A stretch of 64,000 bases of DNA, from the NCBI GenBank assembly GCA_028534125.1, contig CM052816.1:66466001-66530000 (forward strand), in the 5' to 3' direction. The position numbers and the translations under genes are program-made. Of this stretch, positions 40,433 through 55,189 are shown piece by piece. This DNA comes from Lama glama (taxonomy: Eukaryota). The notes under the pieces were generated by a model. It ran no database searches. It had not been told where the DNA came from and was given only the letters and a program-made list of their open reading frames with translations. Position 1 is the first letter of the stretch, and every line of letters starts with the position of its first letter.

Positions 40433-43400
40433 GCCATTAAACAAAATACAAATGGTCATGGATGTTCTTCTCCATGATGTGTTCCCCACAGATGGTTAAA
40501 GACTGATGACTGCTCTCCAAAGACTAACACTTACTCCATATCACAACAAAATATCTTGGTGCTCCAGTTTCTTTAAAGTAATTATCCACATGAGATAGGA
40601 AATGAAATATCATAGCTCATTAAATTGTGTAACATGTCTCAGGGACACGTGTCCTATAAGAGTATAAACTCCCCGTATTTTTATTAACAGAGAAACAACC
40701 TGTGAGCTTCATCCTGTGGCGTGATCCATCACTCATGTCCAGGTTATACCCCTAGATCTCACTGCTCTCGCTAGCATCAAGAGGTGAGAGTGGGAAGTAT
40801 GGAATGGGGCTAGAAGGAAAACTTCACTGTATAGCCTCTTCTATTTTTAAAATTTTGAACCATGTAAATATATTATCGTTACATTTAAAACAATCTATTG
40901 AAGTTGCCCTTTCTGGTTAATCAACATCTTAACAATGCTTGCTGTGTTAGGAAAGTGTTAGCTACTATTATAGAGTGAATGAGGCACTTCTGGCAATGGG
41001 CGTTGAAGAAAGTGATAAAATTGTCTAGACAGGTATCTAGGGGAAGAGCATTCTAGGAGGAGGAGGAGGAAACAGCTAGGATATGGTCGGAAGGATCCTA
41101 TTCTTGAGTGTGTGAAATCACCTTGGAGATGAGATTATGGTGAAATTCTTACTGCTCCATCAATATATCTATTAAGAGCCAATGCCATGCAAATTGCTCC
41201 CCAAACTGTGGTTACAGGATGCTTTTGTAACCTTGCAAATTAATTGAAGGATCAGAATTTTGCTTTATAATCGTAAGTTCTGACATCTCCTGATTTCTCA
41301 GCCTAAATTTTCAATCAAGTGACACAGACTACCATTTTAAATATACCCTAAAGAATATTGTATATTCATGGGTCACTAGTGTGCACTTCCTTTAAAATGT
41401 AAATGTTATACAAAGGAACTAAAAAAGTAAAAGCTAAAGCATAAAATTTTTTTTTACTGATTTTACTTTAACTTCATTTCAATTTTTATATTAATCTTTT
41501 AAAGATCAGGAAATGCAATTATTCTTTATTAAAAACAGAACTCTTTCATAAATGAAATTGAAAACCTAAGCTTCTCTCTTTGGCTCTGTATCTATTTTTG
41601 TTCCCCAACTGAGTTTTCCAGTTATCATTGTTCTCTAATCTTTAGCTATTTAATCTCCTTTTGAAAGAGATACATCTTATTTTCTTATCCAGATATGTAC
41701 AATACAGCATATTTGAACAACCTGAATAGCTGCTTAATAGAGTTAGCTTTATCATATTTCATTATTAAAAACTGCTGGGTTGGGAAAAATACAGGTTATT
41801 TTTTACTTAAATCTTCAATAGTGGGAGTGAAGCAGATATGGTGACTTAAAAAATCAAAAGGAAAAATAAATTTATAAAATAAATAGATATTTTTTTTCTT
41901 TGTGCTGGTAAAGAATAGATTGGGACTAGAGGAGACTATTGCTTTTCTAGACAATTACTACTAACCTTCTCTGCTTGTTATTTTAAAGACTCTCTCCTAT
42001 TTGTTGCAACTTTCCCTCATGTATTACCAGTGCATACTTGGAATAATTTCCTATTTCCTCAGAGTAGACATGACCATGCATATGAATATTGGTGAAGAAA
42101 AGGAAAAGAAGCACATGAGTGTCCCCCATGTTGTTCTTTGCTGATGGAGAATGGAGGGTAGGGAGGAAGGGGGAGGTAAAGGCAATAGATTCTACAGTCA
42201 GGACACGCAGTTGCTAGATAGTGTCTCCTCTCTCGACTCCACCATCATTTTTCTATGGTCTCCTCTATACCACTGCGGATGGGAACCTGCGCACTCTATT
42301 TCTCAAACTCCCAAACTCCCTTGTCAGTTGGCTTTTTATTGGATTAGAAGGTGGGATGAAGGGAGAAGCTCTTAGTTCTGCCTTCTGGTGGTGCTTCCTG
42401 CAGTGAGGGCAGCAGTAAGAGTGGCTGATGAGCACTGCTTCCTGGGTTTCTGCTCACACAGCCTGATCCCCAAGCAACAGTCTCAGGGGCGCGGAAACTG
42501 GCCTCTAGCCTGTTCCCTTTTGCTTTAGCTTTTCCCGAGGTAGGGGAGGGTATGGATTCCTGCAGTTACTGGTCTTTTGAGTAAAATCACCTACTTCTTT
42601 TTGTTCTCACAGTCCTGCAATACCTTTGCAACCAATTCCTTTATCAGATCCCCTCTATTTGAAATGCCTATACATACTCACACACACATTTTCTACAAAA
42701 TAGTGAGAAAACTTATTTTACAAGCTTTCCATCTCTCCTTCTTTAGTCTCTCTCCTACCTTCAGTGTTTTCCAAAAATCAAAACTCTCTATGACCTCCAG
42801 CTGCCCAGAATTTATCCTGACGCTTCTGGTTTTCCCGTGATGATTCTACTGGATCCCCATAGCGACCATGCTCAGATGACCTCTCATATCAACTCGTATT
42901 ACCTTGTATCTCGTATTTCCAGGAGGGACTTCCAAAGTAATGAAAACTTATACTGCCTCCCAGTCTTAGCTTACCATTTCTTTCTGAAGACACACGCTAC
43001 CCTCTCAGATAGAATTAGAATTCCTCATCTCTGCTCACATAGCTAAGAACCTGCTCTTCTACTAAAGACAGAACTTACTACGTTGTACCAAAATTGTTGG
43101 TTTATTCCTATGGCTTTCACTAATAGCCTAAGAGTTATTTGATACGATCCCTGTGTCACTGCAGTCTACAGTAGTCCTGGCATATGGACACTTTTTTTTT
43201 TTAATAAAGCAATGCATGTTGCATCTAGAATGACTGAAGTCCAAAGGTTTATAGACCTAATAATGCAAATTAACAAGTGAGTGGCAATATTAGTCCATGA
43301 TTTGAGGGGGAAAATGGTCATAAGGTTAAGCAGACTATAAACTCTTCAAGGGTGGAGACTAACCTTTCACATACCTGTATCCTCACTTCAATGTTGTGCC

Positions 43401-44787
43401 GAGGTGTTACATGGGCTAATGCCTGGAGAACTGTAAGAGACGCTGGGAATTAAGCAGACATGGCCCTGGAAGTCATGAATTAAAAAGGACCATTGAGGAT
43501 CAGGAGGCAGGAACACAGAAGCAATATGAGGACAATTTCACTATTCCCTCAATAGCATCTTTTTACTGAAAACCATCTGAACCTCCATGGTATTGTCTTG
43601 CTGAAGCCAGCTCAGACTCCCAGAACCTCTGAACTGAGCTCACTTGTCTTAGAAGAAAGCAGTCAATTTGTTGTTCAGATATATGGTGGGTCTTGTCCAG
43701 ATTCCTGTCACTGATCTGAAACATTAACTCTTGAAGGTATTAAGTAGTAGGCAATGGTTTAAGAATTCATCCTGTAAGGGTTTTGTACATTTTTGTACAT
43801 CTCTGCATATCTAGACAAGGTAACTCTAGAGACTTTGTGGAGCAGGGGAGAACTGTATATCAATGTGAGTTTCAAACTCCGTGACTGGCAGGAGGGATGT
43901 GTAAGTGGGACCTTGGACATCCTTAGATTACCCTGACCTGAACAACAATGTCCTACACCATCCTTACTAATAGGCAAGTGCACACACTCAATTAGCAGTC
44001 AACATGGGGGAAATAATTCCAGGGTGTATTAACAATCTTGGTAATTGAAAAGAAGGTGCCTCATGTCATCAGGGCATGGCTAAAATGGGGGTGAGTATAA
44101 TTTTTGTGAACATTCTCTCTTTAGGTAATACTTCTCCATCCATCATGAGAATTTCTCAAGGCACTCCATAATGCTCCAAGGAGGGCAGCATGTAAAATGT
44201 AGCAGCCAAGGAGAGGCAGTAAGGGACACAAAAAGCTGATGAGTTTGGGCAGAAATGTGGACTGAACTGGACATATTTTAATACACTTTGGTTTAGAAAT
44301 CACCAAAAAAACAGGCGTGACAACTTTCAGAAGATGAGATCTCACTGGAACAATAAAATCATACCAAACATTTGAGTCAATGACTTAACACTAGAATCAA
44401 TACAAATTTTAATTAACACATTGAAATTAGAGATTCAGCCAGATCTTTCTAGTGTATCGGAGTCTAACCAACACCCTCAGAGCTGGTGGCAGGAGGAGAG
44501 ACCTTGTCTATCTCCAGTCCAGCCTCCCTTAACCTTGCTCTTGGCTTAACGTTCTTGTTCCTTGTTTTTCCTGGAAAGGAATTTAGATGAGAGAGGCTTA
44601 ACTGTTCACCCGAGAAGTAGCTATTTTGAATTTAATAAGATAGTGGAAATGGTGTAAGAATTTATTTTAATTTGAAAATCTATAAATTCAGTTGTGATCA
44701 TGCTGATCAGAAGTTCTGACTGGTAGTTACAAATGCATGATTGTTGAAAATTTCAAAATGAATCATCATATAATAAATTAAGTTTAT

Positions 44788-44885
44788 GTGTATATGTCCA
44801 TGAATGACTGAAAAATTGTGTTGAACACTGGAATTTGACACAACATTGTAAAATGATTATAAATCAATAAAAATGTTAAAAAATA
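44788..44885 (+). mobile_element. Extremely truncated (~98 bp) young L1 tail with 16-bp TSD
   Basis: L1 3' terminal text flanked by AATAAATTAAGTTTAT at 44772-44787 and 44886-44901. Confidence 0.85.
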
Positions 44886-45059
44886 AATAAATTAAGTTTA
44901 TTTTATTTCACAAAATATTTCAAAGCATAGTCTTTGAAAAAGAAAATCATAAAAAGTAGTCCTTAGTGATGAAAAGTCCAGTAACATGTAGATATTGTAA
45001 CTGAGACAAGTAATACAACAGATTAATATTTTACAAGCATCTCAGGCGTTGAATAATCT

Positions 45060-45275
45060 CAATGTCTGAGGCATCTTCCCATATTATCTTATTCAACTTT
45101 CACAATAACCTTACAGGATCCTTATTAGAACTTCTTCTCAGCTGTGGATTTTCTGGCTCAGAGAGGATAAGTAACTTTGGCAAGGCCACACAGCTAACAT
45201 TCACTAGAACTGTGATATTAATACAGGTCTACTACATGTTTTAGCACTTATTTTTTCTACTCTATTACACTGCCT
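45060..45275. mobile_element. MIR SINE
   Basis: attatcttattcaactttcacaataacc...ggctcagagaggataagtaactttggcaaggccacacagcta. Confidence 0.7.
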
Positions 45276-47324
45276 AGAAATATTTATATTCATGCCAGAC
45301 CTGTGTAGAAAGCTAATCTGTATGAAATTTTCTCAACCAATATTTTCGTGTTTCTTTCTAATTATTTTTAATAGCAGTTTACAAGCCCTTCAAAGCAACT
45401 GGAGATTTTGCTCTTTCTTTAAGGAAAAAAAAAACAGCCAACACAGTGATAATGTTCTATAATAATGGGCCTCTTTTGTACAATGGCAGTCATTAATTCT
45501 TGTTTTCTTTCTAAGTAAATTCTGCTTATATAATTAGTACGTTAGTAATCCAGTGTAAGTAGCCTTCTCTGACTGCTTGAATAAGTCATGCTCAGGATCT
45601 TCTATGATAAGCTTTAATATCAACATGTTTCTTTCCTTCATAGCATTTATTTATATTTCTAATTATGTTTTCGTTTGTAGGGGTTTTTTCCTTTGGTATT
45701 TCATCTAGACTGCTGGTATTGTATTTCTTACTCACCACTGAGTTCCTATCACAATGCCTAACAGCTAATAGACCCTCAATAAGGATTTCTTGGATGAGTA
45801 TGGCTAGATGGATGGGTGGATGGACAGAGGAAGGAAATCAGCATGTAGCCAGATCATTTTGGACTGCTGGCATTTGGACTGAAGGCTTCATTTATGACAT
45901 GACCTAGGACTTAATCTGGGCTTTGAAAAGAGGGCAAGATGTTCAACATGCCAAGCCACATGTTAAAAATATATATGCTCTTTATTATAGCTTTTTTTTC
46001 ATTAAGTGCAATTGAGGAGATGCAGCCTAAATTAAGCCTCACAGCTTTTTTTTTTTCAACACGTGGGTGAAGAAGGTATTGTTATATTAAGCAACACAGC
46101 TAATTTAAAAGAGGAAATGAAAATCATTCTTAAATGAAGAGAGTCCCACTTCCCCCTCTGGTTTCCTCTACCACTATCTATCCTTGAACTATAAAATGTC
46201 TTATTAGAAAGGATTTTCATCAAAAGGGAAAATTAAATCAGGTCTGCAGATCTGCATGATGCACTAGAAACAGAAATGTACAACTGCGTTTTGATTTAGA
46301 GCTAAGGGACACGTTTGTTTGTTGTTTGTTCTGCAGTGTCAGAAAAGGCAATACAACCCAGGCAGCGGTTTTACTTGCTCAACATACAAGACTCTTAGCA
46401 CCTACACTGCCTTTCAGCAGCCTAATTCATAACTTTATGTCCCTGCCTAGCCCTTGTAGATGTCTGAGTTTTCAACTTTCAATAGAACTTTATCTTTTGA
46501 TTACCACCAAGGGGGTTATACAACTCTATCAAGGATTCCTTTATTGTGCATCTTGTCATTCCTCCTTTTTTAAAAATGTTTCCTCTCCCAAACTTTTGCT
46601 CTTATATTGAATTAGTTGATCTAGCAAATTCAAAATAATTCTTGCTTTGCTTTTGCTTTTCCATCTTTTGATTTTAAAAGGAGATGCTCCCTTGCTCAGG
46701 TGCTTCATAATATTCTCCTTGATCTTCTCCTGGAACAGACTGAAAATAGCCTCTAGTCCTTGCCACACGAGCCCAGAGAGGATATTTACTTTGTCATTTG
46801 CTGTTCCTTCAAATGTGCTCACCAGCCCTCTCACTGCAGTGCAGTTGTCACAGACATTTCCCTATGTCCTCCCCCTTCCCCTGAATGTTCCTCTTCTGTT
46901 GGTTGTGGGTTTCTCTTTTCAGATAATTGAGTTAAAAGTGTATATAGCCTAGACAAATTCTGCCAGATGAGACAAGATGACAAAACAGTACATTTTAAGA
47001 AATAATGACGAGAAGAGGACGCGTTGTGCACTACTCTGCTCCTGATTGATTGCCTTCATTACTCAGCTCCGGCCACATAAGAGCCACATGCATTAAGAAA
47101 TCTGTATCCTCTCCTCTCTTAGGACTATCTCTGCTTAACATTTAGAAAAATCAGCATCATTTCTAGATGCAGAGAAGAGAAGGCCCAGCTAAAATAGAAT
47201 AGACAAAAGCAAAGACCTTAGGAAATGAGACTCGAAAGGATGCTATGAAAAGCACTGGGATTAAAAAGCAAACCAACAAAAACTTTCTATTTTGGGTCAA
47301 TAAAAGAGGCATCAAGATATGTTG

Positions 47325-47750
47325 AAAAGCCCTGAGTTCTGATCCAGGTTAGTCATGCGTCACTGTTGCCTTAGGAAGTCACATTTACTTTCTGGGGTTC
47401 ATTGTTCTCATTTTTCCAAATGAGCAAGTCAGTTTAGACAATTTCTAAGTTATTTTCTAGATCTAAAATTCCATGATGCTAAGATAGAAGATATCATCTA
47501 CTAACAACAGTGCAACAAAACAACCTAATCAAGTCTCTGGCATCAGAATTACTGGGTCCAAATCCCGCCACCACTTTTTTTTTTATTGACACCAAGATCT
47601 TTGGGCAGATTTTAACTTCCCTAAGTCTCAATCTTCTCATCTGTTAAGTGGGGATAACAGCAGTGCCTATGCAGTAAGGTTGTTGGTGAATGAAGAAAGA
47701 TAATTCACTTAAAGCCTTATCCTGGTACTTGGTGCTCAGAAGCCACACTG
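47325..47750. mobile_element. Two MIR/MIR3 fragments
   Basis: cctgagttctgatcca...aagtcacatttactttct... and gggtccaaatccc...ttaacttccctaagtctcaatcttctcatctgttaagtgggataac. Confidence 0.65.
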
Positions 47751-48599
47751 ATACTAGACTGTAATGTGGAATCCAGTCTTCTCAGAAACACCTCAGAAGA
47801 AAAATAAATGCACATTTGTATGTAGGTAAGTTCTAGATCTCCTGATTTGATATTTACAAAATCATATGCTAATAGATAGATAAAGCCTAGTTAATTATAT
47901 TCTCCTTCCTAAATTCTGAGTATCACAGTTAATATGTCGGTCTAGTATAGAGTGGGGCCAGGGAATTGAGCATGAGGCAACAGCTAAACTCCGAGTTTTG
48001 CTGAGCATTGAGCTTGTGCCTTTGACAGCTTCTGGACTTCTGGGGAGTTCACCTCAGACTCAACTAGATATTGTCTCTGTCACTGACAAGAATTTAGACT
48101 ACATGTGGCAGTGGATGATCCGACTCCCATAATTTGTAGTCTTAACTATTCACTCCAGCCAATCTGTCCTTAAAAAGGAAAGCACTCCAGAACCACAGAG
48201 TGCTTGTTTCCATGGCAACAGCATAGGTCTATAGCTGCCGTCACACCTTCACCAGCCTTGATTGCATCTGGCAATTTACCATCTTCTGTGCTTCCTTTTG
48301 TTTGAGCCTCTCTCATTTGCTTAATTCCCACCTCAATTGGGAGAATTACAAAATGCAAAACTACAGGAGCTGAATTTAAATTAAAAGCTATGAGAGCCTT
48401 AAAAAAACACTGGAGAGCACTGCTTATTGTAGCATATATCATGTATCATAGACATGTGCTTCTTGAAATTAATTCCTATATCCTGAACCTCAGACTCTTG
48501 CTTCTCATATTCTGTTGTAGCTGGGAAATTCTTCACTTGTAATACCCTATGGTTTTTGGAAAAATCAATGTCATTTGTGCCTTCCATGGCCATATTCTG

Positions 48600-49090
48600 C
48601 TATCATAGCTGCATATCTCAGCTTGGTCAGGATAAAGCCCAAACTTCTCAACTTGTCATAGAAGACCTGTATTGGCTGACCTTTATTTATAGGTACTACC
48701 CTCCTCTTGCCCTTTCCACCAACCCTCTACACTTAAGTGGTATTTGTCTTCCTTTGACTCTTGAACACACTCTTTACTCTGGGTCCTCACATAAGCTGTC
48801 CCTTTTTTTTTGAAACATCATTCCCTCAGCCTCTTTGTCTGGCTAGCTCCTAACTGTCCTCCAGGTCTGTTTCTTAACCCCAAGCCTAGTTAGTTGTCCA
48901 ATACACCAGGTGTTTCCCTATCACACCATTATCCTAATACATTCTAGAAGCCCGTGTAAGCATCAGAACTCCTTAGTATGTATATGCCCACTGAATGCAG
49001 AAACAGGGTCTGCCCCACACCTTCTAACCACAAATCCCTCTGCTGAATTTCCAGTGTTCTTTTAGTCACTTGATAAATATTTGTGACTAG
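48600..49090. mobile_element. L2 fragment
   Basis: Pyrimidine-rich L2-like body ending gataaatatttgtga. Confidence 0.5.
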
Positions 49091-50599
49091 ATCATTAGAA
49101 TCACTTGTTATAATTTCATGATATTGATGTTCTGCAAATTCCTGTCTACTCAACTATAAGCATCAACCAGCAGGTGCTTTTATTCAAGATCTATCTGCAA
49201 TCTTCCTATCCATTGCAGGGATATTGGTAGATATCCATTCATTCAAAGTGGACAAATTCTAAAATCCTCAGTCTGCTTTTTTCATGATTTAGTCCATTAA
49301 CCGTTGAGTTTTAGGTCCAGCTCAATGTAATGATCCTAAAAAGATTTAAAAATAAATAAGTAACAAACAAAAATGTTGAAGTAAATGAAGTATTACTACT
49401 GAGCCGTTCACTTGTAGTGATCTGACAAGCCCCCTAGCCTGACGCCAGCAAGCCCTGGGTCCCTTCTTGCTACTAAACACACAGTGTTATGTTTCAGAGC
49501 TCATCACTCAGAAGTCAGGGGAAGAGCAGAAAGATACAGTTTTCCATATGTGACACCACCTGAATTCAGTGACTGAGAATCAAAGGACAAACCTTGTCTG
49601 TTTATGCCAGGCATGGATGTTGAAGATGTAGCTACTCAGTACATGGTACACTGATACCATGATATTTTGAGACCATTGTTTTTGACACTGGGACATTCTC
49701 AACTGTTAGCTTTTGAAATTACTAGCAAGCAACCTGTGCAATGGATACCCTCCCTTCATCTCCCAGCCTTCTCTGATTCCATCACTAATTCCATCTCGAT
49801 TTCTGAGTGACATCCAAACCTTGATCCCTAGCCATCAGTTTGGCCCATGCTGAATTTCAGATGTCTGAAGGACATAGGGAAATAAGCATTAGAAGGTGAG
49901 CTATGTGGGTGAAATGCTTCAAAAGGACCATGGGGCAGGAGAGTTTTTGCATAAATATTTAAGTCTCCTAGGGAAGGAGTATGAGGAGAAGGAGCCAGAA
50001 GCCAAGGGAAGCCTCCTTAAAGAACCCTGCACTGAATGTGTACACAAGAGAAACCGAACTTGTGAAGGAGCTGAGAAGGGAAAAGAGGGAGCAAGAATAC
50101 ATACCAGGCTGCAAGCGCTCACATCACATAAGCACTCAAAAGGGAATGTTGGACTGACTTACCACTCCCTAAATTGTAAAAACTGGTTATTGTGGCTTAG
50201 AAGGGCAGTTAAACACATGGAAACAGGCATCGTCTTCCCCCTTCTTGGTTTCTTTCCTTTCCCTCTTCTCCTCAGAGCCCCATATCCAATCTCCCCACTG
50301 GCTAAGTGCCTGATGAACTCTGCCCCCGTGCTGCCAGATGTGGCACCACCTGGCCCCACTGACTGGGGTCTCAGGAACAAAGCTCCTGTGGACTGAAATG
50401 GCAAAGAAGTTGTATGGCACTGAATTTATATACAAACCTGGCTTAATAGAGCCTTACATATTAGTGATGTTCAAAATAACATACACAACTCTTCCTATTA
50501 TACTGTTTTCCAGAATACTTCAGCAATTTCAGTAAAAATGTTAGTCTTCAAGGAACAAACCTTAGTGATTTGATTAGCAAACATAACAGAATTTCCTAT

Positions 50600-50945
50600 A
50601 AGCAAAGTCCTGTCAATCAAGCAGGAAGTAAGACAGAAAATGTTTCTGCCCTTAGGGAGTTTACATTCTAGGGAAAGACAATGGATTATAAATACACACA
50701 AACACGTGCCAGGTGGTGGTAAGTGCTGTGAAGAACACTAAAACAAGGTAAAGGGTCTGAGATAAACGGTAGGGGGTCGTTTCAGGTTGGGTTATCAGCT
50801 CTGAGTAGCTGTCTTTGGACCAAAGAAACAAAAGAAATGAGAAGGTCCCAATGTGAATGTCTGAGGGAAGAGCATTCAAGGTGGAGAGAATGTAAGGTCC
50901 CTAAATTCAGACAACTTTGAGGACGGGCAAGAAGGCTAGTGAGCA
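50600..50945. mobile_element. L2 fragment (purine-rich orientation)
   Basis: ggagtttacattctagggaaagaca...ggtaagtgctgtgaagaa...gggaagagcattc. Confidence 0.55.
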
Positions 50946-51159
50946 TATAAGTAAACTACCCCCACAAAGGTATGTCAATTACCCCTGTGTTTGCTAGTAG
51001 CCAGTTATCATCTACACCCAACAAGGTAATCAGGTAGTAAAGGCAGGCAACTTCTGCCTTCTTTCTATGTCTACTTACCTTCTTAGCAATTCTTGGGGGT
51101 GACAGGACAAGGGAGGGAGTAAAGGACGAGGACACACACCTTCCCTCTTTACTACACAC

Positions 51160-51282
51160 TCACTGTTCCCCCGTCCCCTCTTCTACTTCCCATTCTCTCT
51201 TCTCTCCCTCCTTCTTTCATTTCCCCTCTCTGCCTCCTCTTCCTCCTTCTCCTTCCCCACCTCCCCTTTCAACTTTCCACCC
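51160..51282. repeat. Polypyrimidine (CT-rich) low-complexity tract
   Basis: About 120 bp almost purely C/T. Confidence 0.85.
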
Positions 51283-52139
51283 ACTGTCTGCAGCCTTTGT
51301 TACAATATTCCTGTTTTCTTAAAAATCTCAAAAGTGAAAATTGTCCTCGAGAACTAAAGAGAACAAGGTTTGTACGTCAGTTGAGAGCAGCAATTTGTGT
51401 TATATTATTAGCAAAACAAACCACATGTACCACAATTAAAAGAGGAAGGATGTTGAGGGTGGGGGACACAGTAGCATCGGTGTAATGATGGTGGCTTTGG
51501 TAGGTACTCACAGAAACGCAGGCACGTTCACATCCTGTGACTTGCAGTTAGTCTCTGTTAAACTTCATGGCCAGCATCCAGCAACAGCACACACCTGGCT
51601 TCTTGACCTTGCTTTCAGGCTGAAACCTGCAACATTTCACTTCAATCTGACTTACAATTCAACATAAAGGTAATATTAATATACCCCAATACTGGGGTAG
51701 AGTAATCTATCCCAGTCTATTAGTGACCTCCATGGCAAATGGGCTTCCGCTTAACCCATTGAAAACCTTGCTTTACCGCCTCCCAGTTACTGCTTAGACC
51801 AGACACTTAAGGTGGCTTCTCCAGCACCCACCTGTGGCTTGTCACCTCAGTGGTGAGGCTCAAACCTCCCTTAAAATAACAGCACTTCAGCTGTTCTGGA
51901 TTACCTCCCCCACTCATTCCTGCCTGATCTCCAGGGTCCTACCAAGACATAGATATGTTCTGGTGGTCTTTCTGTCAGGCTATTTTCAGCTCCTATGATT
52001 GAGCACTAGGTAGGCATGAATATTGATTATTCTAGCAAAAAATTTCCTCTTTGAGACTTCAAAAATGACCATCTGCTCCAGGACCAATCTAGAGGTCAAA
52101 AGAACAATATTCTTCACTGTCCTACCCACTTCCACCTTG

Positions 52140-54150
52140 ACCCTTTCCAGTCATTTCTCAACCCAGTACCTCTTTACAAAGAAAAGTAAATGTTATCACA
52201 TCACTCCTCTGCTTAAAACGTTTACTAGATTCCATTTGCACCCATATTTGAGTCTAAGCCACTGACCAAGACCCAAGGGAAATGCATCGTCTATGATTCC
52301 CTCCTTTACCAACGTATCAGGTGTCATTTCAGCGCACTCTCAACTAAGCTCCAGCCATCATGGCTTCCTTTGAGATCCCAGAGTACCATAAACTCCCCCA
52401 TGCCTCAGATTATTTTCACATGCTGGTCCCATCCCTGTCCCCTGCCACGTTCACTTGGATAACCCCTTTACCCTCAGGCCTCAGCTTAAGTGTGTCCATA
52501 AAGATGCCCCTTTGGGCCATTTTATTAAAATCCAAATCCTCTCCCTTGCCCAACTCCATTGTTCTCAAAACCAGAAAGCTTTTTTTTTCCTTCACAACAC
52601 CTACTATACTATTTTTATTTGTATTATTCAGGGTCCACTTGGGAAAACAAACCATACAAGTTTGTTTTAAAAGAGAGAAGTGAATATAAAGCATTAGCTA
52701 AAAAATATTGGTAGACTGAGAAGACAAAAAGAGGACACTGAGGTACCCTAGAGGTGCAGGAAACAGCCACCCTACCTAGACCAGGGATTATCAGAAATTA
52801 GGAGGAGGTGCCCTGCAGGGATGGGACCCAGAGCTTGTTTGTTTCCTGCCAGTCCCTTGGGAGCTTGGAGGAGGGCCTGGAGAGCTGATTCTCAGAGACC
52901 AGGAAAGGGTGCTGCCTGGCTGGTGCTGGCATCTCCGACAAGGTGCAAAGCAGCTGGTTCTGAGAGTGCTAGAAGGAACTAGAAACTGCAACCAACCGGT
53001 GATGCTGGAGTAAATTAAGTGACAACAGTACCGTCTCAGGACAAAAGGAGAACAAGAAGGACCAAGCCCCTTTTGCTTCCTACTGCCTACCAGTCTTCCT
53101 TACTGCCCCCTATTGACAGACCTTAACACGGATCAACCTGGCAAAGAGAAAATATAGTTTGCGGAGTTCCAGTCTGAGCAATTTTACAGCAGCACATGCA
53201 AGGGTGGGTTTAGAGAGGATGTATCATAGCTTAATAAATGGTATAGTATTTATTTATTGTCTTTTCTTTCCTATTTGACAATACATGTTCAGGACCCATG
53301 TCTTTCTTTTTATTATTTTACCCCTCCAGATGCAGAGCACAGTAAGAAGAAAATAGAAGGTACTCAATAAATATTCCTTGGATGGATGAATTTATTCATT
53401 TTTTTTCCAAAACAACTTAGCAAAACGTACAATCCAATTCTTGTCAAATGAACAATATTGAGTGCCTCATAAGATGGTCTAGGCATTAAGGTCAAAATGT
53501 GAATATTAGGCAGTCCCTTACTATTTAAGGAGAGAATTTAGGACATTCTCATATGACATTAAGTAATAAAATGTCATTGCAAACATTCATGTTTCCCAAA
53601 GAAATGCACAGGCAACAAAATCTACAGGACATCAGAAAAAGGTAAACTTAGGTCTGGAATGATTCAGAAGACTTGTGTAAGAAGTCATGGCCAAGGCAGG
53701 CCTACGCAAAGCTGTGGAGGAGGGATGCATTTGGCAGGTTTTGAGATGATTTTGATGGGAGCAGAGAATTTGAGGGATTAGTAGAAGTCATTGGAAAAGT
53801 AAATTTGAACCAACTATGGAAAATCATGAATTCTGGAGTTAGAATTATTGAGTGTTCTATCTTTTACAAAGAGGAGACATTAAGAGGTTTGGAACAAAGG
53901 AGTGATGTGGTCATTGGGAATATTTTCTGAAGATAAATCTGGTAGCATCCTGGGGCTGGAGCAGCATCACCGAGTGTGTAGAAACTTGAGCCAGAAAGGC
54001 TAGTTGGCAGACTGTGACAGACAAAGACTGTGGATACAGAAAAAGAAGAGAAAGATAACAAGTCACATTTAGAAGAAAGAATCAATGTAACATAATGTGG
54101 AATTGATCTAGGGCAAGGAGGGTGGAGAAGATCTCTGGAATTAATCCCCA
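52140..54150. mobile_element. L2 fragments interrupted by an old LTR-like element (~52660-53245)
   Basis: L2-type text (atcacatcactcctctgcttaaaac; ctcaataaatattc...gaatgaat; aaggagtgatgtggtc) on both sides of a GA/GC-rich LTR-like block. Confidence 0.45.
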
Positions 54151-54277
54151 GTGATACACAGAGAAGATTCAGAAGGGTGGAGATTAAATTCCATCAGAAG
54201 AACTTGACTAATAATGATATCAGCACAAGTCCCAGTGAATATTTATCCTCTAATAACTAAACCCCCATGTGGAAAAT

Positions 54278-55189
<912 letters not shown>

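Noticed and set aside
49896..50396. 166-aa + strand ORF
   Set aside because: GTG start, no recognisable domain and no convincing splice structure.
53240..53400. GAPT polyadenylation site
   Set aside because: Several AATAAA candidates sit within repeat-derived sequence; none can be chosen from sequence alone.
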